64,000 nt of DNA from positions 37,405-101,404 of IMG/VR virus record IMGVR_UViG_2788500220_000014, one strand, 5' to 3'. The notes under the pieces are model-generated. The model was given only the letters and a program-made list of their open reading frames with translations. It was not told the DNA's origin and ran no database searches. This document shows, one piece after another, positions 26,509 through 36,246 of this stretch; positions within the stretch are counted from its first letter, which is position 1; each line of letters opens with the position of its first letter. The translations under genes were made by a program, and so were the position numbers. The stretch comes from a virus. Its lineage: Duplodnaviria; Caudoviricetes.

Positions 26509-27303
26509 TTAAAATTCTAATTCAGAGGCCATTTGCTCTTCAGTTCCGATCAGGCCATTTGCTTCTAAGTTTGATATCAAATAAGCTAATGCTTCAGGTT
26601 CAAGCCGAACACCAAAGCTCGTATGCCATGAATCAGAAACATAATCCGGATCAATCCACCCAATGCCCATATGAATATCTTCAGCAAACTGATTATAATC
26701 ATCTTGGCTTATAGATAATTGATACCGATTATACTGTTCAAGTTCTTCTTTAATTAAATCTCTAAGTTGTTCTCTAGAAAACTTCATATCCTTGCTACCT
26801 TCTCCAAGTTCTGTTGGGCTTAGGTCCTGACTGTCGATCAACATGTCATCAATTGTGGCTAGGATCGCATCATAAGTTTGGCGTCGGACATCATCTCGCA
26901 TGTTTGTATCACCGAACCGACGGCCCAAGTATGGAACTTGTTCCCAAATCCATGCATTTGATTTCTGGATTCCCTGGCCACCAGGGCCGAAGAAAATATA
27001 TCCCATTGATTGATCTTCAAGCCCGACCTTACCAGGTTGATCAACAACTAGCCATTTTTGCTTAGAACCCTGTTCATCAATAAATTCAATTGATATTCCG
27101 GAATATCCTGAATCAAACATTTGCACATTTACATTAAAAAGGCCGGCGTCTTCAAACACTGTATCAATTTCATCTGCAAAGCTGACAAGGTGTGGATACT
27201 TTTCTTCATACTTGTCCATTCCCCAACCACGGCTCTTTGAAACAGGCATCTCATTAAGTGCTGTTTCCTTTATAAACTTACGCAACTGGTTAATTGAACT
27301 CAT
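26509..27303 (-). CDS. leader-tagged protein with internal leader
   Basis: MSSINQLRKFIKETALNE; internal MKFSREQLRDLIKEELE. Confidence 0.8.
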   Translation of the reverse strand: MSSINQLRKFIKETALNEMPVSKSRGWGMDKYEEKYPHLVSFADEIDTVFEDAGLFNVNVQMFDSGYSGISIEFIDEQGSKQKWLVVDQPGKVGLEDQSMGYIFFGPGGQGIQKSNAWIWEQVPYLGRRFGDTNMRDDVRRQTYDAILATIDDMLIDSQDLSPTELGEGSKDMKFSREQLRDLIKEELEQYNRYQLSISQDDYNQFAEDIHMGIGWIDPDYVSDSWHTSFGVRLEPEALAYLISNLEANGLIGTEEQMASELEF

Positions 27304-27412
27304 GTACATACCCTCTTTACCTTATTAAGTATCATGTCCGATAGTAAATATACAGCCATAATCACTCGTTGGATACTAGTTTATCCACTTAAAGTGAATA
27401 ACCAAGAATTAA

Positions 27413-27769
27413 TTATATCAGGGGCACCTCAAAGTTGTTAATTTCATCTAAAGACTCTAAAATTACAATCTTAATCGGGTTTTTTTCTTGCACATCTTTC
27501 ATTTTATGGCGCGCAGCGTCAGTCCAATATCCCTTTACTTCAATATAGACACCATAATCAGGTAAATAGAAGTCAGGAATGTACTTTCTCTTTCTTCCTC
27601 TGATTGTGTGATATAGGAAATGCATACTTTCATCCCTAACCCACTTTACTCCAAGCTCATCTAATCTTTTTGCGAAGGCTGTTTCCCATGAGCTATCCAT
27701 TGATACTTCAAGCCCATCAACGGTTGTGTATATTGATTGTTTGCTCCATAGCTTTTTTTTCTTACTCAT
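27413..27769 (-). CDS. PD-(D/E)xK endonuclease (phage endonuclease I-like)
   Basis: SSWE..YIPDFYL..IEVKGYW. Confidence 0.85.
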   Translation of the reverse strand: MSKKKKLWSKQSIYTTVDGLEVSMDSSWETAFAKRLDELGVKWVRDESMHFLYHTIRGRKRKYIPDFYLPDYGVYIEVKGYWTDAARHKMKDVQEKNPIKIVILESLDEINNFEVPLI

Positions 27770-27845
27770 TATACCCTCAAATTGTACCATATAATTATCA
27801 GCAAGTGCATGAATGCAATATAAGCACTTTATTGGATAAAATAAA

Positions 27846-27992
27846 ATGGATCAATTATTAATGGTATGGGTATGGCTAGATATCATAGCAGATATTATCA
27901 TTATAAGCTATGCCAGCTGGTATGCATATAGAAAATTATCGGCTTGGGGGAAAAAATTTAGCCAACATATCCGCCAAGGTCTTCGAAGCTAG
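27846..27992 (+). CDS. small membrane peptide
   Basis: Manual 48-aa ORF with one TM helix. Confidence 0.4.
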   Translation: MDQLLMVWVWLDIIADIIIISYASWYAYRKLSAWGKKFSQHIRQGLRS

Positions 27993-28261
27993 TAGTACGG
28001 ATTGATTCCTTGAGAATGATCTGTTGCATCTTCAACAGACTCGAGGCCTGGAAATTCCGTTGTCAAGGCATGCGTAATCATTAGCTTAAGCGTAATAGTT
28101 GAACTAGCACAGCCTTGACAGCCTCCCCCCATGGTAACGTATAGTATCCCTGACTCTTCATCATAACTATGGATATTCAAAAATCCTCCATGTGATGCCA
28201 GGCCTGGGTTAATATCTTCTTCGATATATTTTTCTATTTGTTCTTTACTTGGGCGATTCAT
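27989..28261 (-). CDS. NifU/NfuA C-terminal domain Fe-S carrier
   Basis: INPGLASHGG..GGGCQGC..DATDH..G.NPYY. Confidence 0.92.
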   Translation of the reverse strand: MNRPSKEQIEKYIEEDINPGLASHGGFLNIHSYDEESGILYVTMGGGCQGCASSTITLKLMITHALTTEFPGLESVEDATDHSQGINPYY

Positions 28262-28613
28262 CTTTTATCCTTCCTGGATCAAATGATATTGATTCGCCAC
28301 ACCCGCAAGACTTCGATGCATAGGGAGTATTAAATGTAAAACCTGAGGATAGAATCGTTTCCTCATATCCTATTTCAGTACCATTTAAAAATATGAACGA
28401 TTTTCGGTCGCAGTATATCTTAAGGCTGCCATGATCAAAGATCCGATATATATCTTCATTTTCAGGTGGTGATATAAAATCTAGCTCATACTTAAAACCC
28501 GAGCACCCCCCTCCACGAAGGCCTACTTGTAAAACATAGTCATCAGGCTTGTTCATTTTCTTCTTAAGCTCTAGAGCCTTTGCTAAAGCTACTTCTGTTA
28601 TTTTAAGATCCAT
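28245..28613 (-). CDS. iscA: A-type Fe-S cluster assembly protein (IscA/HesB family)
   Basis: GGGCSGFKY..SCGCGES. Confidence 0.92.
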   Translation of the reverse strand: MDLKITEVALAKALELKKKMNKPDDYVLQVGLRGGGCSGFKYELDFISPPENEDIYRIFDHGSLKIYCDRKSFIFLNGTEIGYEETILSSGFTFNTPYASKSCGCGESISFDPGRIKDESPK

Positions 28614-28692
28614 ATTCTAATCATACCTTTGTTATTAAAAGTGTATTAAGTCTATAAATATGTCGAAACTATAATACCTAATCAAAGGTAAC

Positions 28693-29940
28693 ATGTCGAC
28701 AATCATAATAATTTTATGTCTCCCTCTCTTATTTTTCTTGTGGTGTGGAATTCATGAGACAGCACACATTATAGCAGCAAGATCATATACAAAATTATCA
28801 AATGTTAAGTTCAAACTATATCCTCATAAAAATAAATCCCTAGGATTTGTGTGGGCTTCAGTATCATGGAAACCAGAAAAAAGATTGTCTGATTCAGAAT
28901 TTGCATGGGTATCAATAGCACCAAGATTCCCTGATATCCTGGCTGTAATCCTTTTTCCGCTGTGGGCATTAATGCCAAATGGCACAGCCATGCTTATATG
29001 GGGTGCAATATGGGGTGCAGGCCTGATTGATCTATTTGTAGGGTCACTTGGAATTAGTAAAACATCGGACTTGAGGAGAGCTGCAAAAGGGTGGGAATGC
29101 AACCCTTGGATACTTCGAATAAATGGAATGATGCTGATATTAGTTAGCGCAGTTACGGGTGTATTATTGTTTTTATATGCAGCACCCGTCAATGAAGCAG
29201 GCAACACACATGACATTGATGCAGAAACTATACAACATGCATCTAGCTCAACATGTGACCCAAGCGTACACCAGTTTCCGAATGAGGGTTTAACGGAGTG
29301 TAAGTCATCACCGGTATGCCCTGCAGGAATGGCACAAGTTGATAACTTTTGCATGGATAGATTCGAAGCATCGTTGATTAATATTGAAACAGGCTCATCA
29401 TGGTCACCATACCATCATCCACCAAAGAATATACGTATCCAGGCCGTGTCATTATTGGGTGCAGTACCCCAGGGGTATATCGACGGCCTGTCTGCTTCGC
29501 GTGCGTGCACGGCTAATAATAAAAGGTTATGTACGTCCAAGGAGTGGCTACGAGCATGCCGCGGCAAGAATATGCATATATACCCATATGGGAATAAAAG
29601 GTTACCAGGAACATGCAATGATGCAAGGACAATACATCCTGCAATAGAACTATTTGGCAGGCATAAAAACGTTTTTCAGAAAATCCAGAATCCATGTATC
29701 AATCAATTATTAGACAGTGTTAGCCTCACGGGGGGGCATCCAGAATGTGTTACAGGTGAATCTATATATGATATGATGGGGAACCTTCATGAATGGATTG
29801 CCGATGATACAGGGACGTTTAGGGGAGGTTACTATGTTGATACATACCGCAACGGGCCAGGTTGTCTATATAGAACAACTGCACACTCTATACACCACTG
29901 GGATTACTCAACCGGATTTAGGTGTTGTAAATCATTATGA
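28693..29940 (+). CDS. membrane zincin-like domain fused to FGE-sulfatase (SUMF1) domain
   Basis: N-terminal HETAH + TM helices; C-terminal CP.GM, FCMDRFE, KRLCT..EW..AC, YDMMGNLHEW, GFRCC. Confidence 0.85.
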   Translation: MSTIIIILCLPLLFFLWCGIHETAHIIAARSYTKLSNVKFKLYPHKNKSLGFVWASVSWKPEKRLSDSEFAWVSIAPRFPDILAVILFPLWALMPNGTAMLIWGAIWGAGLIDLFVGSLGISKTSDLRRAAKGWECNPWILRINGMMLILVSAVTGVLLFLYAAPVNEAGNTHDIDAETIQHASSSTCDPSVHQFPNEGLTECKSSPVCPAGMAQVDNFCMDRFEASLINIETGSSWSPYHHPPKNIRIQAVSLLGAVPQGYIDGLSASRACTANNKRLCTSKEWLRACRGKNMHIYPYGNKRLPGTCNDARTIHPAIELFGRHKNVFQKIQNPCINQLLDSVSLTGGHPECVTGESIYDMMGNLHEWIADDTGTFRGGYYVDTYRNGPGCLYRTTAHSIHHWDYSTGFRCCKSL

Positions 29941-30021
29941 TATTGATGTACAATAAAATAAATATTGCTTTTGAAAACTAGTGTTTAATTTGCATATTTA
30001 TTAATCGGAGGATCTATAGTC

Positions 30022-30375
30022 ATGGCAAAAAAGAAATCGCAGAAAAAAAGTCCTACCCCCGAACAAGAGAATGTGGTTAGCCGTAGCACAAAAAAACACA
30101 AAGAATATTGCACTATCGCTAAGCGGGCCCAAGAACAGAACTTGCCAGATGTTATAGCAAAACATGGCAATCATGATTGTACATGTAGATGGGATATTGC
30201 AGCGGAGACAGTAGATGAATTAATGGGTTGGGTAACTGACTTATGTGACGAAAATAATAAGTTAAAAGAGTCGTTGCAAAGAGCTATATCAAGGATCGGA
30301 AAGGGTAACGAAGAAATGAAAGAAATGATTTCAAAAGTATGCCCAGATGTTAACTCAGAACCTGAAAAAGATTAG
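30022..30375 (+). CDS. hypothetical protein
   Basis: GGAGGA RBS; 117 aa. Confidence 0.7.
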   Translation: MAKKKSQKKSPTPEQENVVSRSTKKHKEYCTIAKRAQEQNLPDVIAKHGNHDCTCRWDIAAETVDELMGWVTDLCDENNKLKESLQRAISRIGKGNEEMKEMISKVCPDVNSEPEKD

Positions 30376-30644
30376 ACTAATTTTTGAATTAATTCTAGGT
30401 CACTTGGATCTTCCTCTGATATCCCTCCCTTGTCATTGTTCCACCTAAGGTCGAACCACCTTACAGAAATTATAGTCATTTCTGCAGCAAGATTTGGGTC
30501 GCCGCCTAATAATATAACTGATGTTTCGATTACTAACCCGTATGGCCTGACACCAGCAGGGACTACCCATCGGACCCCAATACTTTTTCTACTTATGTCG
30601 CCCCGATATCTAACCAGGTCTCCTGGCTCAAAATGACGTGCCAT
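30372..30644 (-). CDS. small SH3/KOW-like protein
   Basis: FEPGDLVRY..GLVI..VRW..DLELI. Confidence 0.7.
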   Translation of the reverse strand: MARHFEPGDLVRYRGDISRKSIGVRWVVPAGVRPYGLVIETSVILLGGDPNLAAEMTIISVRWFDLRWNNDKGGISEEDPSDLELIQKLV

Positions 30645-30652
30645 GTAAGTAA

Positions 30653-30856
30653 TTATTTCTTAGGCTTTTGATTTATAGCGTATTCAGAAGAATATGGGTC
30701 TTTACCCATATTCTCTAGCATTTTTCGTATTCTTTCAACCCAGGCCAGGCCGGCTGGACAATCACAATATTCTGAAATAACCCTAGCATGGCGGTATGTT
30801 TGATACCGACCAAAGTCGTTGCAGCGATTACAGGGTGATTTTTTGCTATTACCCAT
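30653..30856 (-). CDS. small Zn-finger protein
   Basis: CNRCNDFG..CDCPAG. Confidence 0.65.
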   Translation of the reverse strand: MGNSKKSPCNRCNDFGRYQTYRHARVISEYCDCPAGLAWVERIRKMLENMGKDPYSSEYAINQKPKK

Positions 30857-30944
30857 TAAAACCTAGCTAGTTCATGTCCTACATCTTTAAGTATTTTACC
30901 ACGGATCCAAATATCTAGATACTTAGTAATAAAGTGGAGAAGTT

Positions 30945-31073
30945 ATGTACAAAAGACTTAAAGACTACATGGAATGGCGGGGGATTACACTCAAAGATAT
31001 TGTTGCCATGACAATTTGCCTTGGTATGTTATTAAGCACTGTCATTTTTGGTGTTATTGTATTGATAGCCTAA
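30945..31073 (+). CDS. small membrane peptide
   Basis: Manual 42-aa ORF, GGAG RBS, C-terminal TM helix. Confidence 0.45.
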   Translation: MYKRLKDYMEWRGITLKDIVAMTICLGMLLSTVIFGVIVLIA

Positions 31074-31128
31074 TATATTAAGCACATGGAAGCAATATTT
31101 AGTATTGAACCCGAGGGGACTATAAATA

Positions 31129-33465
31129 ATGAGCCATAGAACACCACCAAATGCCGATGTCGTAGCGTTTGACTCAGCAACCGAGGAAGATCCCACACCT
31201 GGCATTGGAGCCGGCACAATTGTCCAGGAAGACTTTGTAGGTGGGGTAGATAATGACGGAGTACCCCAAGTCGATTTCAAATCGATTTTGAAACACTGGA
31301 TGGAGCTAACACCTCAAAACAGGGGTAAGTCAATCAAACAACGGTTGGCTGGAGACAACGATCGTTGGGAAAAATTTAAGTGCCTTGTTAACTGGGCTGA
31401 TGAAAGTCACCCAAGAAAAAGTTACCTGACAGGAAATGGCTACTGGCACGCGACGGAGATGATGCAGGGTTGTCCGCCGGCGAACAGTAAAGGTGCATAT
31501 AAAGAAGATGGTGTATATTCCCAAGCTTTGGCCGATACGGTTGACAACCCGGATGAGCCCGAAGACACAAGGGTCTCAATCCCGTTAGGGCTATCATATG
31601 TCCCAGATGATCACCTTGGAGAATGCATCGATCTGCTAGCAGACAGTTCAATTATATGCAATGGCATACCCGGGTGTGTGGATATAGCTGCATGCAATTT
31701 TAAGCCAACGGCAACAGAAAATGATCCTGAGGATCCATGTATAATCCAGCCATCTTGGTTACCAGTGGAAGTAACTGATTTGTGCGAAGACGGTAACAAA
31801 TGTAGGGGTGTAAGGGTATCAGTCGTCTGTGACATGTGGTCAGACGGGGGTGATTTTGAAGAAGGCAACCCAGGTTATGAATGGGAATGGCAGACTGCGG
31901 AAGGCCTCAAAAAATATACATTTGCTGTGCAAAGTACCCATGGTATTAGTAAGATTCGCCTAGACTTCTGGGGTGGATGTATGCTTTCAGAACAAGCCAT
32001 GGCTGGTGGTACACCGATGCCCCACCATTGTGACACTGATGAGGATTGGGTCGGCACCGGTGGGTGTTCAGGAGATGAATGGGGATATAACTGTGGTGAG
32101 GGTAGTGAATCTTCCGGAAATGCATGCTTTAGAAGGGATCTATATTCAACTAACAACTGGACTGTTGAAAGATCTAGTGATGGCGGAGTCACAGCTACGA
32201 CTGTACAAACGGACGGCAGCTGTGATTCATCCAGGGTGGTGTGTGGTACATCATTCGCATCCGATGGTGCATGGCTTGACACTGACTGTGATGGTGATCC
32301 AAACTACCTGTTGCCAGGCTGCCCGGGGATCCCCCATATAGAAATAACTTCCCCAAATGCATCTAGTAATATTCCTGCTAGCGGTGATGGCGATCCGGTT
32401 AAGTTTATAACGATCTGGTTTAGGTCATCATACTTTACAACAGATCATCAATGGTTAACCCACATTAAGGTAACGGCCGAGGACATCGATGGAGTCGAGT
32501 ATCTGGAAGATGATGAATATTATTACCCGGAATATAGCGGAAATTTCCCCAATCAATTACCTGCCAGCGAGTTTGACTCTGAAGGGAACTTAATAGATGA
32601 CACCCCTTATTATGACGGGGGACCATGCGTTGGCTATGCCTTAGGTACTGATTGTTGCGAAGCACCAGAAGGATATCCATGGATACTACCTGGGCTGGGT
32701 GACGGAATATCATGCCCCGGGTATGGTGATACATTTCCTGGTTTAGATATTGGGGTAATTGACTCGAGTAAGTGGGATGATGATAGGTTTATCCACGGAG
32801 TTGATTTATTAGATGACACTATTGCCGAAGATGTGACGATCGAAGCCAACGACGATTTACTTACATGGATCGAAACCCTGACAACATGGGACGTGAACCA
32901 GGATGGTGTTATAGACAAGAATGAGTGTGTCATTGAGGGTACAATCATATTAACCCAACGTGGTGATGTCGCTGTTGAGGATCTTAAAGAAGATGACTTA
33001 TTATATGCACCTAACTTTACAGACGGATCATATGGGTATTTTAAGCTCAAACATAAAAAAGCATCAACCGCCCAAAGAATAGTTCAAATTGTAACAACAG
33101 GTGGTGCTGAATTATTTTGCAGTGTTTCTCACAATATATATCATGACTCTGCCCCAGAAAATAAAATGCCCGTTTCTAAGCTTAGGCCAGGCGCGCCGAT
33201 CTATATCTTAAGCGATGAACATATACTACATAAAGACTCAGTTGCAAAAATACGGCTTATTCATTCACCAGGTGTTACTGTATATGACCTAGATGTTGAA
33301 GAGCCTATCGATATATATTTTAGCAATGCTATATTATCACATAATAAGACTGTCGACCCTGGCCATGAAGGTGGACCTGAATTGCCTGGTGGTGAAGATG
33401 GACCGGCTGCAGGGGGTGCAGGGGTGGATGTGGTAGTCGGCACAGGCTCTGAAGATGGCGACTAA
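31129..33465 (+). CDS. large Cys/Asp-rich protein with C-terminal Hint (bacterial intein-like) domain
   Basis: Hint 32926-33345: CVIEGT..SHN..VYDLDVE..YFSNAILSHN; EF-hand-like DVNQDGVIDKNE; GC.D..ACN motif. Confidence 0.85.
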   Translation: MSHRTPPNADVVAFDSATEEDPTPGIGAGTIVQEDFVGGVDNDGVPQVDFKSILKHWMELTPQNRGKSIKQRLAGDNDRWEKFKCLVNWADESHPRKSYLTGNGYWHATEMMQGCPPANSKGAYKEDGVYSQALADTVDNPDEPEDTRVSIPLGLSYVPDDHLGECIDLLADSSIICNGIPGCVDIAACNFKPTATENDPEDPCIIQPSWLPVEVTDLCEDGNKCRGVRVSVVCDMWSDGGDFEEGNPGYEWEWQTAEGLKKYTFAVQSTHGISKIRLDFWGGCMLSEQAMAGGTPMPHHCDTDEDWVGTGGCSGDEWGYNCGEGSESSGNACFRRDLYSTNNWTVERSSDGGVTATTVQTDGSCDSSRVVCGTSFASDGAWLDTDCDGDPNYLLPGCPGIPHIEITSPNASSNIPASGDGDPVKFITIWFRSSYFTTDHQWLTHIKVTAEDIDGVEYLEDDEYYYPEYSGNFPNQLPASEFDSEGNLIDDTPYYDGGPCVGYALGTDCCEAPEGYPWILPGLGDGISCPGYGDTFPGLDIGVIDSSKWDDDRFIHGVDLLDDTIAEDVTIEANDDLLTWIETLTTWDVNQDGVIDKNECVIEGTIILTQRGDVAVEDLKEDDLLYAPNFTDGSYGYFKLKHKKASTAQRIVQIVTTGGAELFCSVSHNIYHDSAPENKMPVSKLRPGAPIYILSDEHILHKDSVAKIRLIHSPGVTVYDLDVEEPIDIYFSNAILSHNKTVDPGHEGGPELPGGEDGPAAGGAGVDVVVGTGSEDGD

Positions 33466-33697
33466 AATCGGAATTATTTAAAATATTTTCGAAAATTACC
33501 AGCTAAACTTACTATGTATTAATAGGGCGCCATGGCGCGCCTCAACGATTAGGTTACGGTTATGTATCTGTTGATTAGGTTCATTGATATAGCGGGTCAT
33601 CGCAAGGGGTTACGTTAGTTAAATTATCTTGGTTAATTAAGTGTACATAGTTGTAGCATATCTTTATTTTTTATTATGAATTATATGTGAGACAACA

Positions 33698-34327
33698 ATG
33701 TCAGACTGGGCGACAGTTTTAAATGTTTGGAGCAATATCACGATTATTATTGCCAGCCTATTGTGTATAGGTTACGTTGCCAAAAAAAATCCAATAGATA
33801 AATTATCAATGTTCTTTGCCGGGCTTACCGGACTCATTGGCATAGGAAGTACAATATATCATGTGTATGGTACTACCTGGGCCCAGCTTACAGATATCGT
33901 ACCGGTCTGGACATTTATGGTAACTTACACCGGAGCAGCCATGTATTATATGTTAGGCTGGTCAAAACGGATGACAACGTTATGTATGATTTTATTCATG
34001 ACGTCATTAGCAGCCACCGGTGTATTTCATATTGAAGCGCCGGCGGTGCCCTGGATCCCCGGGGCGGTGATGCTCTGGATATTCTATATCGTCCTATCTA
34101 GAAAAGGTGCTGCAGTAGCATACGGTATGAGGAATGCGGCGGCATGTTTCACCGTAGCGATACCGGTTAAGACTTTAGACCCATATGCATGCATGCATGC
34201 TGTCATCGGTACACATTGGGTATGGCATATAATCATTGCAGTTATGTTAACTTACCTGGTAACTAGTATGCATGATTATAGAACTAAAGACACCCCTTCC
34301 GATAAGCTCGATCATATAAACGAGTAA
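33698..34327 (+). CDS. ceramidase-like (CREST superfamily) membrane hydrolase
   Basis: Multi-TM; N..SN, GSTIYH, D, THWVWH. Confidence 0.8.
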   Translation: MSDWATVLNVWSNITIIIASLLCIGYVAKKNPIDKLSMFFAGLTGLIGIGSTIYHVYGTTWAQLTDIVPVWTFMVTYTGAAMYYMLGWSKRMTTLCMILFMTSLAATGVFHIEAPAVPWIPGAVMLWIFYIVLSRKGAAVAYGMRNAAACFTVAIPVKTLDPYACMHAVIGTHWVWHIIIAVMLTYLVTSMHDYRTKDTPSDKLDHINE

Positions 34328-34598
34328 CATGGTTTCTCAATTCATCTTCAGTGCTTAGCCATTGCAGGCGATAATTGTGAAATTGATCACGCGTAATTAT
34401 ACCTGATTCAAATTCCAAAATCTTGTCAGTGATATCTGCCCGGGCGGTATCACGATCTTTTTGAATGTCCATTATTCGTTCTAAAAGTGGAAGACATCTT
34501 TCTTCTAGGGATTTCTTTGTTGTCGTAGGATAATCCCATTTAATGGCACAACCGGTTATACCTAATGAGAATAATAATAGCGTAGTATATTTTTTCAT
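34284..34598 (-). CDS. putative lipoprotein
   Basis: Lipobox ITGC. Confidence 0.65.
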   Translation of the reverse strand: MKKYTTLLLFSLGITGCAIKWDYPTTTKKSLEERCLPLLERIMDIQKDRDTARADITDKILEFESGIITRDQFHNYRLQWLSTEDELRNHVTRLYDRAYRKGCL

Positions 34599-34753
34599 TT
34601 ATTTTCGCGTTCCTTAAGGATGGCACGACATAACCAGACAATTATTGCATTTCGATCGTCAAATATATTGAGCATATCGCTTGAGGCCTTGCGCAGCAGA
34701 TCACGTATTTCCTCATTACTAAGGTTTTTTTCTGGAATAGGTCGACCGGACAT
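34595..34753 (-). CDS. small hypothetical protein
   Basis: Manual 52-aa ORF, GGAGG RBS, ATGA overlap. Confidence 0.5.
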   Translation of the reverse strand: MSGRPIPEKNLSNEEIRDLLRKASSDMLNIFDDRNAIIVWLCRAILKERENK

Positions 34754-34830
34754 GGAAGCCTCCGTATTTAATTCTAATTAGTACGTACCGATAGTTAACC
34801 ATCTATCATGAGAAGAATACACTAGTTATA

Positions 34831-35331
34831 ATGTTAGGAATGGCTCTTCTTATAACCAGCTTGCTTACTGAGCCTGGGTTTCATGATCGATACATCGTCG
34901 AAGGATGGAAAAACGGAAAGAAGTTCGACCTTATGGTCACCCGTGTTCCTCTACGTGATCGATCAAATAGACCAGTATTACTCCGGACCGATGCAGCAGA
35001 GGGCTTCATGAATATGATGACCGAAGCTGCAAAGGTTGGATTTTTTCTGGACATTAATTATGCATATAGGTCCCACAAGGCACAAAGGGCCCTCTGGAGG
35101 TCGTACCAAAATAGGGGTATAACCAACCGCGCTGCCCGGCCGGGGTGGTCTACACACCAATCTGGCCTTTCTGTGGATATATCTGGGTGCTATCGAGACA
35201 TTAATAACAAGAGATACAAAACAACCACATTTTGGTGGCTTAAAGCAAATGGACCTAAGTTCGGATTTTATAATGATGTACCATCCGAACCATGGCATTG
35301 GACATTTTTTCCAAATAAAATCAAAAAATAA
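34831..35331 (+). CDS. M15B D-Ala-D-Ala carboxypeptidase (VanY-like)
   Basis: AYRS..Q, AARPGWSTHQSGLSVD, EPWHW. Confidence 0.9.
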   Translation: MLGMALLITSLLTEPGFHDRYIVEGWKNGKKFDLMVTRVPLRDRSNRPVLLRTDAAEGFMNMMTEAAKVGFFLDINYAYRSHKAQRALWRSYQNRGITNRAARPGWSTHQSGLSVDISGCYRDINNKRYKTTTFWWLKANGPKFGFYNDVPSEPWHWTFFPNKIKK

Positions 35332-35360
35332 ATTCGGCCGCCTATGAAAGAAGATAACAT

Positions 35361-35903
35361 GTGTGTTATGCCACAAAAATCCTTACCCTCCCCAATATTC
35401 GACAATGCACTGACTACACATGCGGTGCTGCCGCCTTGCTGTCAGTGTTACAATACTACCGGATATATGATGAGGGAGAATTAACACTTGCCCATGAGCT
35501 AAATACATCAACCGATCACGGAACCGACCCTGAAGATATTGTAAGGGTCGCATCAAATTATGGAATTGATGCGGTCATAAAGCGACTAACATTAGAAAAA
35601 ATATCAGAGTATATTCTGCAAGATATACCGGTTATTGTAACATATCAAGCTTGGTCAATTGATGAAAATGATTGGGCTGATGTATGGGAAGATGGGCATT
35701 ATTCAATTATCATTGGCATTGATGATTATAACGTGTATCTTGAAGATCCATCACTGTCACAAGAGATTGGGTATATACCCAGAGAGGAATTCCTAGAAAG
35801 ATGGCATGATGTTGATAGACATGGAAACAAACTATTAAATACAGGGATTATATGTCATCATCCTGTAGCCCAGCAAGCATTGTACTTTCGAAAAGTTGAT
35901 TAG
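35361..35903 (+). CDS. stand-alone C39-family cysteine peptidase
   Basis: Q..DYTCGAAAL..GHYSIIIG.D..EDP. Confidence 0.85.
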   Translation: MCYATKILTLPNIRQCTDYTCGAAALLSVLQYYRIYDEGELTLAHELNTSTDHGTDPEDIVRVASNYGIDAVIKRLTLEKISEYILQDIPVIVTYQAWSIDENDWADVWEDGHYSIIIGIDDYNVYLEDPSLSQEIGYIPREEFLERWHDVDRHGNKLLNTGIICHHPVAQQALYFRKVD

Positions 35904-36246
35904 CTAGTACCAGATTTCTCTTAAATACCTGCCTAATAGCACCATCGATTAACACTTCGTATATATCATATGCTTCAAAATGATCTGAGTCTCTAATTTG
36001 ATAGGGCCGACCAACATATGAAAGTATCGTTGCTAGCTGGTTGTGACGTACCTTGGTTGTTTTTCCCTTAAAGTCATTGCAACTTGGAAATGAATTAAGA
36101 TCGACATATTCATATACTATGCCAGTATCATGATCATATTTTTGTGCATAAGAAGATAAAGTTGTAAATCCGTCATCGGTACATCTCTTTTCCCTAATCG
36201 CTATTTTTACCAGTGTCCCGGTTTTGAGCCTATTAGATTTTGGCAT
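35848..36246 (-). CDS. hypothetical protein (SH3-like)
   Basis: LKTGTLVKI..YEVLIDG. Confidence 0.65.
   Translation of the reverse strand: MPKSNRLKTGTLVKIAIREKRCTDDGFTTLSSYAQKYDHDTGIVYEYVDLNSFPSCNDFKGKTTKVRHNQLATILSYVGRPYQIRDSDHFEAYDIYEVLIDGAIRQVFKRNLVLANQLFESTMLAGLQDDDI

Noticed and set aside
15694-27303. CRISPR array, integron or DGR interpretation of the repeats
   Set aside because: Repeats are coding gene starts spaced by whole genes; no cas, integrase/attC or reverse transcriptase seen in the window
32926-33345. Canonical mobile intein
   Set aside because: No homing endonuclease, +1 residue is Lys, and the host protein is not a conserved enzyme
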